Under the pieces are notes generated by a model. It was not told where the DNA came from. It did not search any database and was given only the letters and a program-made list of their open reading frames with translations. Below, in pieces: positions 39,289-52,186 of a stretch of DNA of 64,000 nucleotides. How positions within the stretch are numbered: position 1 is the stretch's first letter; each line of letters begins with the position of its first letter. The stretch is from Botryllus schlosseri (Eukaryota), in assembly GCA_051294905.1 (NCBI GenBank), contig CM119371.1:26104001-26168000 (forward strand), read 5' to 3'. The position numbers were made by a program, and so were the translations under genes.

Positions 39289-40620
39289 TGCCATAAAGAA
39301 AAGCATGTTGTGGATCTAGTATCAACTATTGAGCACGACTTGAAAGAACGACGATTCGATATATATTGGAAAGCATTTACGACGAATAGTAACCTCAAGC
39401 GTCATATGGATATGCATATTGGAATAAAACATCCTGAATTTAATGTGTGTGGGAAAGCATTCACTAAGAAGCCTTACCTCAAGAGTGATATGGATATGCA
39501 TGCTGGCATCAAAAATCATACATGTGCTATATGTGGAAAAGCATTCTCTCAGAAGGGTCACCTCAATCTTCATATGGATATGCATGCTGGATTCAAACAT
39601 CATGTTTGTGATATATGTGGTAATGCATTCACTCAGAAGGGCGCCCTGAAGTTGCATATGGATAAGCATGCTGGAATCAAAAATCATACTTGTGCTATAT
39701 GTGGTAAAGCATTCACTGAGAAGGGTACCCTCAACCGTCATATGGATATGCATGCTGGCATCAAAAATCATAGTTGTGCTATATGTGGTAAAGCATTCAC
39801 AGAAAAGGGTACCCTCAACCGTCATATGGATATCCATGCTGGCATCAAAAATCATGTTTGTGATATATGTGGTAAAGCATTCACTCAGAAGGGTACCCTC
39901 AATTTGCATATGGAAAAGCATGCTGGAATCAAAAATCATACTTGTGCGATATGTGGTAAAGCATTCACTGAGAAGGCTACCCTCAAGCTTCATCTGGGTA
40001 GGCATGCTGGCATCAAAAGTCATATTTGTGATATATGTGGGAAAGCATTTACCGAGAAGGGTCACTTCAAGCTTCATATGAATATGCATGCTGGCATTAA
40101 AAATCATGTTTGTGATATATGCGGGAAAGCATTCACTGTGAAGGGCCACCTCAAGAAACATATGGATATGCATACTGGCATCAAAAATCATGTTTGTGAT
40201 ATATGTGGTAAAGCATTCACTCAGAAGGATACCCTCAATTTGCATATGGATAAGCATGCTGGAATCAAAAATCATACTTGTGCTATATGTGATAAAGCAT
40301 TCACTGAGAAATCTACCCTCAAGCTTCATCTGGATAGGCATGCTGGCATCAAAAAGCATGTTTGTGATATATGTGGGAAAGCATTTACCGAGAAGGGTCA
40401 GCTCAAGCTTCATATGGACATGCATACTGGCATCAAAAATCATGTTTGTGATATATGCGGGAAAGCATTCATTCAAAAAGGCCACTTCAAGGAACATATG
40501 GATATGCATGGAGGCATCAAAAATCATGAATGTGACATATGTCAAAAAGTATTTACTGTGAAGAGCAACCTCATGCATCATATGTATAATGCATGCTGGC
40601 ACCAAAATTCACTGTTGTGA
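39289..40620 (+). CDS. terminal exon of C2H2 zinc-finger paralogue (12 intact fingers)
   Basis: Same acceptor (AG at 39288) and in-frame CHKEKHVVDLVSTIEHDL; two leading degenerate fingers; same frameshifted NACWHxNSLL tail. Confidence 0.88.
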   Translation, partial: CHKEKHVVDLVSTIEHDLKERRFDIYWKAFTTNSNLKRHMDMHIGIKHPEFNVCGKAFTKKPYLKSDMDMHAGIKNHTCAICGKAFSQKGHLNLHMDMHAGFKHHVCDICGNAFTQKGALKLHMDKHAGIKNHTCAICGKAFTEKGTLNRHMDMHAGIKNHSCAICGKAFTEKGTLNRHMDIHAGIKNHVCDICGKAFTQKGTLNLHMEKHAGIKNHTCAICGKAFTEKATLKLHLGRHAGIKSHICDICGKAFTEKGHFKLHMNMHAGIKNHVCDICGKAFTVKGHLKKHMDMHTGIKNHVCDICGKAFTQKDTLNLHMDKHAGIKNHTCAICDKAFTEKSTLKLHLDRHAGIKKHVCDICGKAFTEKGQLKLHMDMHTGIKNHVCDICGKAFIQKGHFKEHMDMHGGIKNHECDICQKVFTVKSNLMHHMYNACWHQNSLL

Positions 40621-42282
40621 TATACTGTAATTTTCCATTTGTAGGCTAATAAAACCCCTTGTATAATATGCACCCTGAAAATGGCATGTAGATTCTGGAG
40701 ATAAGCTTGTACCCATGTATAGTATGCACCTCATATTGACAAACTTGCATTGAAGTTGTTGAAGTCTGCTCGCAGCGATTCGATGTCATTCTGTTTTGCG
40801 ATGTCACTGCTAAACAGTCATGACATAACGATCGCTAATCAATATACACTTAACGGTATTGTCTCTAAACGATTGTAGATAGCAGCCAAAGCCTGTGAGG
40901 CTTGTGACGCGATAATTCAGGCCAGCGACGATATTTTGCGCAAGATCCCTATCACAGATGTGATTGCTCTAGCCAACGATTGGGTCTATTCTATATCGTG
41001 CGCTCCATGCCTGTTGTAGATGCGATTGTTCTGGCCTGTCTATGACGCGACAATTGTCCAGGTCCACGCACACAGCACCACGCTCCTCGCTAATTGGCAG
41101 CGCGCAACACTGATAATACGAATAACTGGGCGCGATGGCTGAATGTGATGCGGGATTGTTAACAAACATGTAGAAAGGTGTGATTTCAAGTTTTATTTTG
41201 AGGGAGATTTTTTCATGCGTAATGAGCATCCCCCTATTACAACAGTCAGATAATATTCTCGTGTTTGTGACTTCAATCACATAAACAAAACTAAGTACAA
41301 CTAAATACAACCTGTAAGCTAAGATAACAGCAGAAAGAGAGACAGTGAGGTATCTTGACCTTGATCACCAAAGCGAAAGTGCGAGCAGATCATATTACAG
41401 CTCGGGTCAGATCTCTCCATTTAACGCTCAAGTACGAACACTCGGACAGTGAGGATACGCAACTGAATTATACTCGGTTGCCATTTGTATCAATTGTTCA
41501 GTTTGTTTTCGAACATGATCTGGATTAATTTTCTTTAAATCAATATGATATGGTGATATCTACTGTCTGAAAAAGATGGGGTCGTATTTTTGGTGTTTGG
41601 AACTGGTAAAGACCAATCAACGCTCGAGCTTGTGCGATTACATCACGCGAATAACATTGGTCCGGCGCAGGCTTAGGCTCGCAATCAAAATGCATTTCTG
41701 AATGCGTTTGCGGTTAAAAAGTGACAATAACTTCTCGTAATTACATCGAACGGAGATGTAGCACTATCACGTGCCACGAGTCATGGAGCGGCCTAATTTC
41801 CGTAGCCTCCGATGTTTTTACTACTGGCCAAGCGCCTTGAAACCGGTTAATCAGCAGATGCGTCCGAGGCCTGAGACATGAAAAGAAATTTGATCAATAC
41901 ATGATAGATTCCACATAGAACATTTGATTAGTACAATCTGTTTTGGTACTGTAGAGGGATCTACTATCTCCAATGATACAAGCCTAGGTCACGTGCTTGT
42001 TAGAACACGCGATGGCGAGATCTTCGGCGGTAATGTAACATGATACACTAATTACTCCCTCTGTCACAGACGAGAGAGGAATAGGAGGAAAAGGGGTATC
42101 ACCGTATTGTTCCGTGAAAACGCTCATTGGGCATCTAATCACGAATGAGCATTGAGTAATTTATACTAATATAATAATAACAGCGAGATAGATTTTGGAT
42201 TCAAGAGGAGGGAGAGTTGAGCTGGGAACGGGGAACATTGGACACCAATTACCCCCTCCCCCTGACTACTGCGGACCAGATA

Positions 42283-42602
42283 TGTCGTCTTTTAACCTAC
42301 TTGTTGTAACCTGAGTCCCACGTAATGTGTGGCTGGGTAGATATACTTAGCTCTTTTCGTAGTAGACGCACGTCCCTGCGTTAGTCCTTGATCTGACAAC
42401 TTCAATGTGAATGCAACGACAGTATTGCCCCATATAGATATATTGGTCGAATATGTATGGAATATACAGTAGGATATCGCATATGAGTCTAGTTTGTAGT
42501 TGAAATGCGCGAGGTGATAAATGGTAAGTCACGTGGTAGCGAGAAGAAAGATATAAGTCACGTGATATACAGATATGAGAGAGAAGGGGCCAGAGCACCA
42601 CA
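42283..42602 (-). mobile_element. possible solo-LTR-like insertion specific to duplicate unit 2
   Basis: Absent from unit 1 (~37084); minus strand TGTGGTG...GACGACA; related to 8368-9272. Confidence 0.4.
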
Positions 42603-42710
42603 ATACGCACCTGGTCGTATGGTTCTGCATGCTGGTATCAAAAATCATACCGTAAATTTGAAACGTTATGAAATTGCCAACATCAAGCATCATGTCCATA
42701 TGGATTAACA

Positions 42711-43436
42711 CAGGCCCGGCCAACCCGTGGCCCGCGGGCCACATGTGGCCCGCGAGAAGGATTTGAGTGGCCCGCGAGATAATTTCCAAAATTTCTAATA
42801 TCATCAAAAAATGGAGTGCATAGATTTTGAGCTTGCAAGGCCAACCAAAAATTTGATTAGTCTGGCCGCAATACTTGAGATGTGATGACTAAAATATCAG
42901 TTTTGACGCATTGACAGATCCATCAGCCATTCACATATTGGTACATCTTCGTACACTACAATAAAGCAGAATAATTTGCAATAGATTTATCAGAGGTAAA
43001 AATTTTCTACAGGCTTAGCGCAGTATGTTGTCACTCGATTTCTTGTTTTTAATATTGTTGCCCTTTTGTGAAAATGGAAGAACACCTAATTTATCAGATT
43101 GAGTCTAACCATATTCGCGATTACGAGACAAAAGTGTCGTTCAACATATGCGACCTTGCGTTTGCGCTCGCAGTAAGACCGTCCACCGTGAAACCTAGGC
43201 ACGGAATGATTGACGCATGTTGGTCACAGCTTTCGATATCGATATGTCCATGCGCCGAATAGCCCAGTCCTCTCAAACTTAGCCCAGCGATATACAGCAG
43301 GCCCACAATATAGTAAATTGACAATATTATTGACCTATTACCTTTAAGAAATTTTCGCGCTTCGCGCGGATAGTGGCCCGCGCAAAATTTCGTCAATCGA
43401 ATGTGGCCCTTTATCCGAAAAGGTTGGCCAGCCCTG
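42711..43436. mobile_element. hAT/Buster MITE
   Basis: CAGGCCCGGCCAACC / GGTTGGCCAGCCCTG; perfect TSD GATTAACA; empty site GGATTAACATGTTTAG in unit 1 (~37184). Confidence 0.92.
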
Positions 43437-44093
43437 GATTAACATGTTTAGTTCGAAAGTCATGCAAGGTCCTGATCAAGTGATGAAAGGTCGGAAGATT
43501 TCGAAATTACCTCCAGTACCGGTATTAAAACTCGTTTGGGCCTAGAACATGTTTTTATAATCAATCACAAATCTGCTAATGTAGGAAGGCATACTTGGTC
43601 ACTTATCGAATCACAATGAGTTGCAAATTCATAGAGACGCCGGAATACGTATATTTCACGTCTGGAGCTGGACATGATCGAGTACCTTAGTGATTCGAGT
43701 CGTGGCCCTGGAGAGTAAACGTATTACTACGTTTCTCATGTATGTTTTATGATACTCGTGCAACCTATTGCATTAACACTGGTTACTATGAAAGAGACAG
43801 CTATTGTTCTACGTTTTTGAATATGGATGTACATTTGTTGACAGTCGTTGTACATTTCATAATATCGTTGTGATCGGTTTTCGTTTGTGTGGTGATCTTG
43901 CAGCCATTGCTAGCTAGTAATTGCTTAGTTCATGGGTGGGCATTGGGCAAACTACGGCCCACAACACAGTTTTGTGCGGCACCCGAAACAACTAAGAAAA
44001 ATATTGATAAAATGTGTGCAAAAAATCAAATTATCGCGACGACTTGACTGGCGACCTTTTCTTAATACATTTTCCCTTGACAATGATAATAAG

Positions 44094-44492
44094 TAGAGCA
44101 GGTTTTTGCAACTTTTGTTTACAGCTTCCCGCAGCTTCCTAAATACTCGTAAGATATGTAGAATGCTGTTTTAACCTGTTCAAAGGAATCTTATAGTGCA
44201 ACTTTTTGCAACTTTTGTCCATATTTTTCATGCTGCTTTTTGCAACTTTTTCGATTTTTCATGTAATTATTTTCGATTTTGGTGAAATAAACGGCGAAAT
44301 TCGAATGAAACACCGTAAATCAGCACCAAAGTAACGCTTTTACGGGTATTTCAGGAGCTGAGCCGGAAAATTGACCTTTTTTTTAGTCAACCGAGCAAAA
44401 TGTGGTCAAAATGCAACTTCTGCAACTTTTTTCGAAATTAAATTAATAAATGCAACTTTCCACGGATTTAACTGCAACAAAAACTTGCCCTA
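44094..44492. mobile_element. hAT MITE with GCAACTTT repeats
   Basis: TAGAGCAGGTTTTTG / CAAAAACTTGCCCTA; perfect TSD ATAATAAG. Confidence 0.8.
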
Positions 44493-44665
44493 ATAATAAG
44501 TTATAGTCTTACTCAATGATGTTTACTTCTTATTTTTGTTGCTACCGCAGTAGCCTGACCTCGAGGCCCACGCGTTTTTAAAGGTTTCACTTCATCTGCG
44601 CCCACATAACTAGCCTGTTGTGATCTCGTCGAAACTTTGGTCTGCGCATCTATACCGTATTTCAT

Positions 44666-45713
44666 ATGATTTCTTCGATAATAAACTCTGCCCACTACCG
44701 CATTGTCGATGTAATTAACCATCGCATCGAACAGGTCAATCACAATCGCCACAAACGAATGCGGATGCTTAGAGGAGTATACAAGGATGTATGTACTATA
44801 TACAATAGTATATGTGGACGAGCATTCGCCTGTAAGTCAGCCGTCACCCTTCATTTGGATACACATGTTGGCATGAAGAATTATGAATGTGATATATGTG
44901 GAAGAGCATTTTCTCGGATGAGACACCTCAAGCAACATTTGGATATGCATGCTGGTGTTAAAAATTATAAATGTGATATATGTGGAAAAGCATGTACCCA
45001 GAAGGGGCATCTGAAGCGTCATATGGAAGTGCATGCTCGCATTAAAAATCATAAATGTGATGTCTGTGGGAGAGCATTCGCTTGGAAGATTGACCTCAAG
45101 CGTCATTTTGATGTGCATGCTGGCATCAAACGTCATGAATGTTTTATATGTGGGAAAGCATTCACTAAGAAGGGTCACCTCAAGCATCATGTGGATATTC
45201 ATGCTGGCATCAAAAGTCTTGAATGTTATATATGTGGGAAAGCATTCACTCAGAAGGGTCACCTCAAGCGTCATGTGGATATGCATGCTGGCATCAAAAG
45301 ATTTGAATGTGATATATGTGGAAAAGCATTCAATCAAAAGCAAAAACTCAAGTATCATGTGGATGTACATGCTGGCATCAAAAGATTTGAATGTGATATA
45401 TGTGGAAAAGCATTTATTCGAAAGGATACACTCAAGTATCATAAGGATCGGCATGCTGGCATCAAAAATCATGAATGTGATATATGTGGAAAAGCATTCG
45501 CTGAGAAGGGTCACCTCAAGTATCATTTGCATGTGCATGCTGGCATCAAAGGTCTTCAATGTGATACATGTGGAAAAACATTTAATCAGAAGGATAAACT
45601 CAAGTATCATAAGGATCTACATGCTGACATCAAAAAATCACATATGTGATGTATGTGGGAAAACATGTGACCAGAAATGGGATCTCAAGCTTCATATGGA
45701 TGTGGTTGTGTAA
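44666..45713 (+). CDS. third, more diverged C2H2 zinc-finger array (9 intact fingers); start uncertain, 3' frameshift
   Basis: ORF 44666-45649; an extra A in CATCAAAAAATCAC shifts the next finger ([17 protein letters not shown]) into another frame; eroded fingers on both sides. Confidence 0.8.
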
Positions 45714-48019
45714 TGGTCATGGAGGTATCAAGAGTCCTAATTGAGATTACTGTGGGAACTCATTTGTTTATAAAGCTACCCTCAAGCGTCGTATTGATAT
45801 GCAGCCAGGCCTCGTATCTTCGTAAGAAATAGTCGGTATCGTGTCTGTGAAAATTGGATTCAAGTGTCATTTGTGGTGTCCGGAAATGCATTTTCTCGAA
45901 TTAATTTGATATGCTCATTTTGGTTAAATAATAATATCAGAAAACCGGAAGGTTTTTTATTAATGTGTCGTATTCTTTCAAGGAAGCTACAAATGCAATG
46001 TTCTTTGAGGTTATAACAAGCACTGTTCAACTCCGCCGAGATGCATTCGTACAATCGTAGGCGCAGCCACCTCGTACAAAATGCTCAAACGCCCAAGGGA
46101 TTTGTGACCAGTAGTTAGTAATCAGGCGAATCGATGCGACCTCGTCAGAGACGTCTTCGATTTCGATATGCGCTTGTACCAGCCGCGTAGCCACGGTAAT
46201 TTCGGGGGTCAAACTTACCTATTTGAAACGCTAAACCCTGTCGTTTTGAAATGATCATTCTAACTCTAATATTCAATTGCAATTCAATAATTGTGTTATC
46301 AGTGTTCCGCGTGGCTGATTTGCGATAACCGTGTTGTCAATTAGAGAGAAGAGATGATCTCCCTCTGAGATGGTCGCAAAATTAGGTCATTCATTCATGT
46401 GCGCGTGGCAATCGTCGCTAATCTGCTTTATCGTGTCTCGAACAAGCCTGGTACCGCAGGCTTGAACATTAATGAGCAATTGCATCTGCAATAGGCTCAG
46501 TTCACATTATATCATCGCTTGCCTGCGCAATCGCATCTGCATTGGCTTCGGCCTGGTGTGATATCATCGCTGGCCTACACGATGGTGTAGCGGCACATAA
46601 TACACCTACAAACTATATCCAAGCGATCGCGACTTGCAAATGTATTACGCTTATTCCTGACGCGTTACCGTTCGAATATTAACATTCTGATACATTCATA
46701 CCGTTCTGACTCGCACGCTCAAAATGTGCCAGTCAGAGATCATGTTCATATATTGTTGATTAGATAATCTGATCTTCTCTCGGTTCAACGGTGAAGATGT
46801 GTAAAACTTTCTACGCGATACTTCAGACTTCAAGTGATTTTGAGCGTGAGGTCGTACAGTAGGGAGTGTGAATCAATGTGTACTTGTTAAGTGAGTTTGT
46901 ACCAGTGTTGGGATGACTCGAGTCATGACTTGACTCGAGTCACCTTTTTCGTATGACTTGACTTGACTCGAGTCACTTTGCTAAAATGACTTGACTAGGC
47001 CTATCAGAAATGTGGATTGACTCGTGACTCGGAGCAAAATTCACGAGTCAATTTCAAGTCATCAACTAGTCGAGGTCGAGCAAAATCACTGTATATGGCA
47101 TATGTTCGAACTGATCGCAAAACGCTGGTGTAACCGTTGAGAGCGACCAATCATTCAATGATCGTGCGTTTTACTGAGCCTCCCTTGTTCTCTCACAAAT
47201 AAATTGACCGCAAACGAAGTGATCGAAGCTTACAGCTTACGTTGTCGTAAACTAGTCCAATGTCCATGCTCTGTTTGTACCTTACCAAACCAAACCTAAC
47301 TGAATTCGAATACAGTTTATATAGTCCTCAATCATTGGCCCAGGCTCGAATTGTATCATATCGATTTATAAATGCGTAATGTATTACATCTTATCCATTC
47401 GTATCTATTCTCTATCTGGGCTGGTAACTATAAACAGAGGTTTAGCAGTCCTACTTATATGTGAGCGATACAGAAACCTTCTTGCTTTACTTGATTTGAT
47501 GGCATTTTCCATCGAAGGATACATCGTATATTTCGCTTATGTAAAATTAATTGTAAACAACGATAAGGGGTTCCAATGGTTTGTGGACGCGAAGGAAACA
47601 AATTTTGGTCGCTACCCCGCCCGACCTATCGCAGTACTACATGATTTATTTTCAGTCGCGCAATAATTGATTGATCTGCTGTTTCCAGGTCCAGTGTGTT
47701 CTGTACCATATCCAGTAAGTGACAGGCCAATCAGTGTTGTTGCGATGATATGGTTAGACTCAACTGAACCGAACCTCTAAATCCGTGGTCGGTTGGAAGT
47801 GACTCCCTCCCATGTATTGTATTAATTATTGTATTAATAAATTCTAGGGCTTCTTTTTCACACACACTCTCTCTCTCTCTCGCAGTCATCTTCATTGTCT
47901 CTCGCACCCATGCGTCCCCATCGTGGTCTCCGCTGCTGACTAGCACGGCTCACTTTCAGTCTGGGCTTTTCAATGCACTACCGTAGTAGTGAGGTCGGGG
48001 ATGAGGAGCCTTCGACACG

Positions 48020-48105
48020 TAGACACTTGGTCAGAACCGGGATTCGAACCAGCGACCACTAGTGTCGTGACTACAGTGCTTAACCAACTGCGCCACTCGC
48101 CTCCC
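48020..48105 (-). mobile_element. tRNA-like SINE head
   Basis: Minus strand GTGGCGCAGTTGGTTAAGC...GGTTCGAATCCCGG; no convincing acceptor stem. Confidence 0.5.
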
Positions 48106-48294
48106 CTCCCTCCCATGTATTTGGATATGAAACTGTTCCGTATTGGCTGTGTCGTAATAAATCACGATCAGTATTCTCTTCTAATGTCTTCAAATCTAGG
48201 AATCTGGTTAGAGTCGGTATAGTTGCGTGTGTCGCGCGAAATTGTCTTGACTCACAGCCCGTATTGCTGTGGAGAATCAGATTATATTATATAC

Positions 48295-48691
48295 TAGGCT
48301 TACCATATTTTGGAAATCAAAAAAGAGAACACTTTTTCAGAAATTTGCAACTTGCAAAATCGGAGTAAAATTCTCAAAAACCGGTTAATTTTTCCCACTT
48401 TGTGATCGGTTGACTAAAAAAAAAAAAGGTCATCACTTCTGCTCAGAGCTCAAAATAACGTTTTTTCTCCACATTGCCAGGTGGATGACTAAAAAAAAAA
48501 AAAAAGGTCATCTTTTCGCTCAGACCTAAAATCACCGTTTTTCACTCCGAAATACCCGCCGGTGCTTCACTTCTGTTCTAATATACGGCATATCACTCGC
48601 AATTTGCTCTAAATCTGCCTAAATTTTCAAAAAAGAGGACAAAAGGGCGTCCTCCGAGGACACTTTCAAAAAAGTCAATTATATAAGCCTA
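48295..48691. mobile_element. hAT MITE
   Basis: TAGGCTTA / TAAGCCTA ends; perfect TSD TTATATAC. Confidence 0.7.
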
Positions 48692-49877
48692 TTATATACA
48701 TATGTGATCAAAGTAGTCGCAGATACTACTCATGTATAAGTAGGGGTGAAGCAGTAATAACTTACTGAATTACAAGTAAAAGTAGCGATTCTCAAGTCCG
48801 ATCAAGGCTACTTCATTGGCAGTGGAAACAAGGTCTTCACGGTACAGGCCTACCGCATTACAAATCTATTTTGTACCTCCTAAAATCCACAATAGGAAAA
48901 GTTTTGTCTGAAAATCTGCTCCATTAGAAGGGGAAGTAGCCTAGAGCAGAACCATCCGAGTAAGTAATGCAGGTACCCGAAACGCAGTGAGTATTTCTAA
49001 GAAGTAGGAGTATTTTGTTACCTACAACATTGGTTATATAATAATTTAATGAAGCTCATATACTTGTAACAGGTTATTTGCTGAGATATCGGACGACGCT
49101 TCAAAGTATTCTACAAAAAAGAAAATAGCCGTGCATCCAAAAGTTCTGAAGCTTGTTATGCTCATGAGGAAAACTGAAGTCTGAGGATATTCAAGTAACG
49201 TCCGTGAAGACGACAATAAATGCCTTGACGCTGCATCATTGAACTGTGATTACAAATGGAGTCGCCTAAAGGCAGAGGTGGTCAAAGTCAAATCTGGTAC
49301 ACAAGCAGCAGTAGAAGTAACGCTTTTACCCTATGACAAGAAGGAGTAAGATTTCCAAGAGCTGTCAAAATTACCTCCGGTAGAAGTAGGAAATTGGTAT
49401 TGGTAAGTACTCAAGGGAGTTGTTTCCAAAGTACATTTGGTTGACGGGTCACATAATCAAGCAGTTGACCCGAGGTTCACGCCTAAAATTGCACAGTGCA
49501 TCTTGGTGACTCGATAGTCGACCTAATAGTGACCACTAACTCAACAGATAGTTGCAATTTCGGTAATTGCGTTCAGTTACGGTGATGCAGGGGCTCTTTC
49601 CAGCAGTTGTCATGACAATTTCGCTCATAAGAATATTGTGAGCAATTCCCCAAACTACCCTCTCTAAGGCCCTTTTCATACCGGATTTACGAAACTCTTT
49701 CGGAAACAAGTTCCGAAACAGGCGACGTTCACATAGAGAAAAAATTACCGAAACAGTTCCGGGAAAAGGCCGCGTTCATACCTATTTAGAGTTACCGCGA
49801 ACTTATGTTCATACTGGTCGTTTTTTCGGTAAATTCGCGGGAAATTATGGCCAGTATGAACATGCTTTCTCGTAAAC

Positions 49878-51673
49878 ATGGATAGTTACGAAACCATGTC
49901 AGTGGGGTGTTCCACTTGTTATTTGCTCATCGACTCTGCGAGAACCTTGGTGTAATCTGTAATGGATGTATGGAAAGCGATGAGACAGAAGCGTCTTCGT
50001 CAACAGCGGAGACGTTGGCTGCAGTTCGAAGCTACAGAATACTGCGGGGATGCGTTCTTGATGTGTATGGGAATCTATACCAGTACCAGTATTGGTGCAC
50101 GCTCGTCTTCCCGGCTTGTTTATTGTCATCCAAAAGCTAACCAAGGCTATTGGGATAGAGTTCTAGAGTTCTGGAATGAAAAAAACTACACATCCCATCT
50201 GCGTATGAAAAAGTCAGTTTTCCTACCGTACCGTATATGTATACTGGTGTGTGTAAATGCAATCTTATCTACAGAGAAACTTTCAACATACTTTGTGACG
50301 AGATTCGACCTGAAATCGAAAAGCAGTCGACAAATTATAAAAAACCAATTTCCCCCGATTGCCGGGCAGCTATCGCTCTGTGGCGGCTAGCCAATGGAGC
50401 AACATATCGAGAGATTGGGGAGCATTTTGGACTGGGTCTATCAAGTGTTTATATGGTAAGCATCCAGACTAGTAACGTTGACCGCATGGAAAATCTCCTT
50501 AGTATGCCACCCTGTAGATTTGTATATTACCAGCAGCCAGGCAAAATTTTGAATGTCCTGATAATATGACACTTGTTTTTTCTTATTTTTGAGCGTGAGG
50601 CCAAATTTCCATGAACAATTGATTGTCATTTTCGCTACTTTTTATACAGATTACATTGGACGTATGCTTGGTCATCTCCAATGAGCTGTTAACAAAATAC
50701 GTTCAGCTGCCTGGGAATTTTCAAGCTGCTGCCAATGCCTTCTGCATGCAACACGGCTTACCCAACTGTGTCGGGGCTATAGATGGTTGTCACATCGCAA
50801 TTCCCAAGCCATCCGTAAATGGTGATGACTACTGGAACCGCAAAGGATATTATTCGATCAACATGCAAGCCGTTGTTAACCACAAAGGAAGGTGAAATCC
50901 AAAACTCAAACTATCTAAAGTTTGAAACCACACCAGAAACATTTTTTAACGAGTGTCATTGAAAATTACAGGTTCATTGATGTCTTGATCGGCTTTCCAG
51001 GAAAGGCTCACGATTCCAGAGTTCTACACAATTCGCAAATTTGGGAACGGGCACAACATGGAACTCTTTTCCCCCCAGTAAGCGCAGTTGCCCCTCATAT
51101 AGTTCTGCGGAACATTTATTATATTTTCTGAAGTTGTGATAACGGAATGTCAATATGGCACTCATTTTTACTTATCAAAAATATGTACCAAAGTCATGCT
51201 TTCAGAGCGACTTCATGATCGGGAGCCAACGAGTCCCTTTCTACATCATTGGTGATGCAGCCTACCCCCTTCTGCCATAGCTCATGAAGCCCTTTCTCGG
51301 AGAGACGGACAGAGCAGAGGCTAACTTCAACTATGTAATATCAATTGATATTCCCCCTCCCCTACCTTCAAATTCACTATAGATTATTTTTCAGAAACTA
51401 AGCAAAGCTCGCATGACTGTTGAAAGAGCTTTCGGGCGACTAAAATCGAGATGGCGGGCGCTGCTTCGAAATTGTAACGCAAGTCCCGCAAAGGCCAGGA
51501 CGATAATCGCGTCCTGCATCGTGCTGCACAATTTTTGTGAGCTCCACGGTGATTTCATGGAGGACACAGACGATGATGACTGCAATGATGACAACGAAGC
51601 GTTATTGGATGATTCAAGCACCGCAGGCACAGACGTCAGAAATGCTCTACGTGATTTTTTGAATGAAGAATGA
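49878..51673 (+). pseudogene. Harbinger (HARBI1-like) DDE transposase, 6 exons, with nonsense codons
   Basis: GT-AG exons 49878/49962-50212, 50275-50455, 50650-50891, 50972-51077, 51206-51334, 51395-51673 join in frame; motifs GAIDGCH, NRKG, HDSRV, GDAAYP, VERAFGRLKSRW; TAG replaces the usual Trp at 51278; TAA at 49953 if the upstream ATG is used. Confidence 0.92.
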
Positions 51674-52186
51674 TCATTCATGTTAATCGAAGGACTCTGC
51701 GATTAACATGATTTGCTTCATTTTATTAAAGAAACGAATAAGAACTTATTGCACGGTTCCATCCTCTTTTATCAGCATTCTCCATCAGTCTGCAAAAAGA
51801 TGAGTTGGGGCAGTTTTGGTTATAAGACGGAAACTTTGCGACAGCAATAAATTTAGTAGAAGTACCTTGAAACAAATTGACAATTCCTTTCAATCTTGAA
51901 ATTAGGAGGAATGTTGGGGGAGGTGAAAGCGAAATTAACGAAATAACAACTTGACTGATGAGTAATTGCACATTTTCATCAGGGTCGGCCTGCAAAAGTA
52001 TCAGTTACTGTTATGAATGATTTAGTAGTGTAAATGTATGAGTGACGTACAATAAATATGTAGGGTGTCGTGTCACTTTAGACTAGATTACCTTGAAATA
52101 ACTGAACGATTCCTTTCATTCGTAAGAATGTAGGAAGAGGCAGCGGCGAAAACGAAACGAACGAAAGGTTCAATATCGGACATGGT

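Larger units (their letters stand above)
32290..43886 (+). repeat. tandem segmental duplication (unit 1 ~32290-37708, unit 2 ~38165-43886)
   Basis: Collinear homology from CTCTACAATCCACATT to ATCGTTGTGATCGGTTTTCGTTT, covering intron, ZF exon and downstream TE; unit 2 has extra insertions. Confidence 0.92.
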
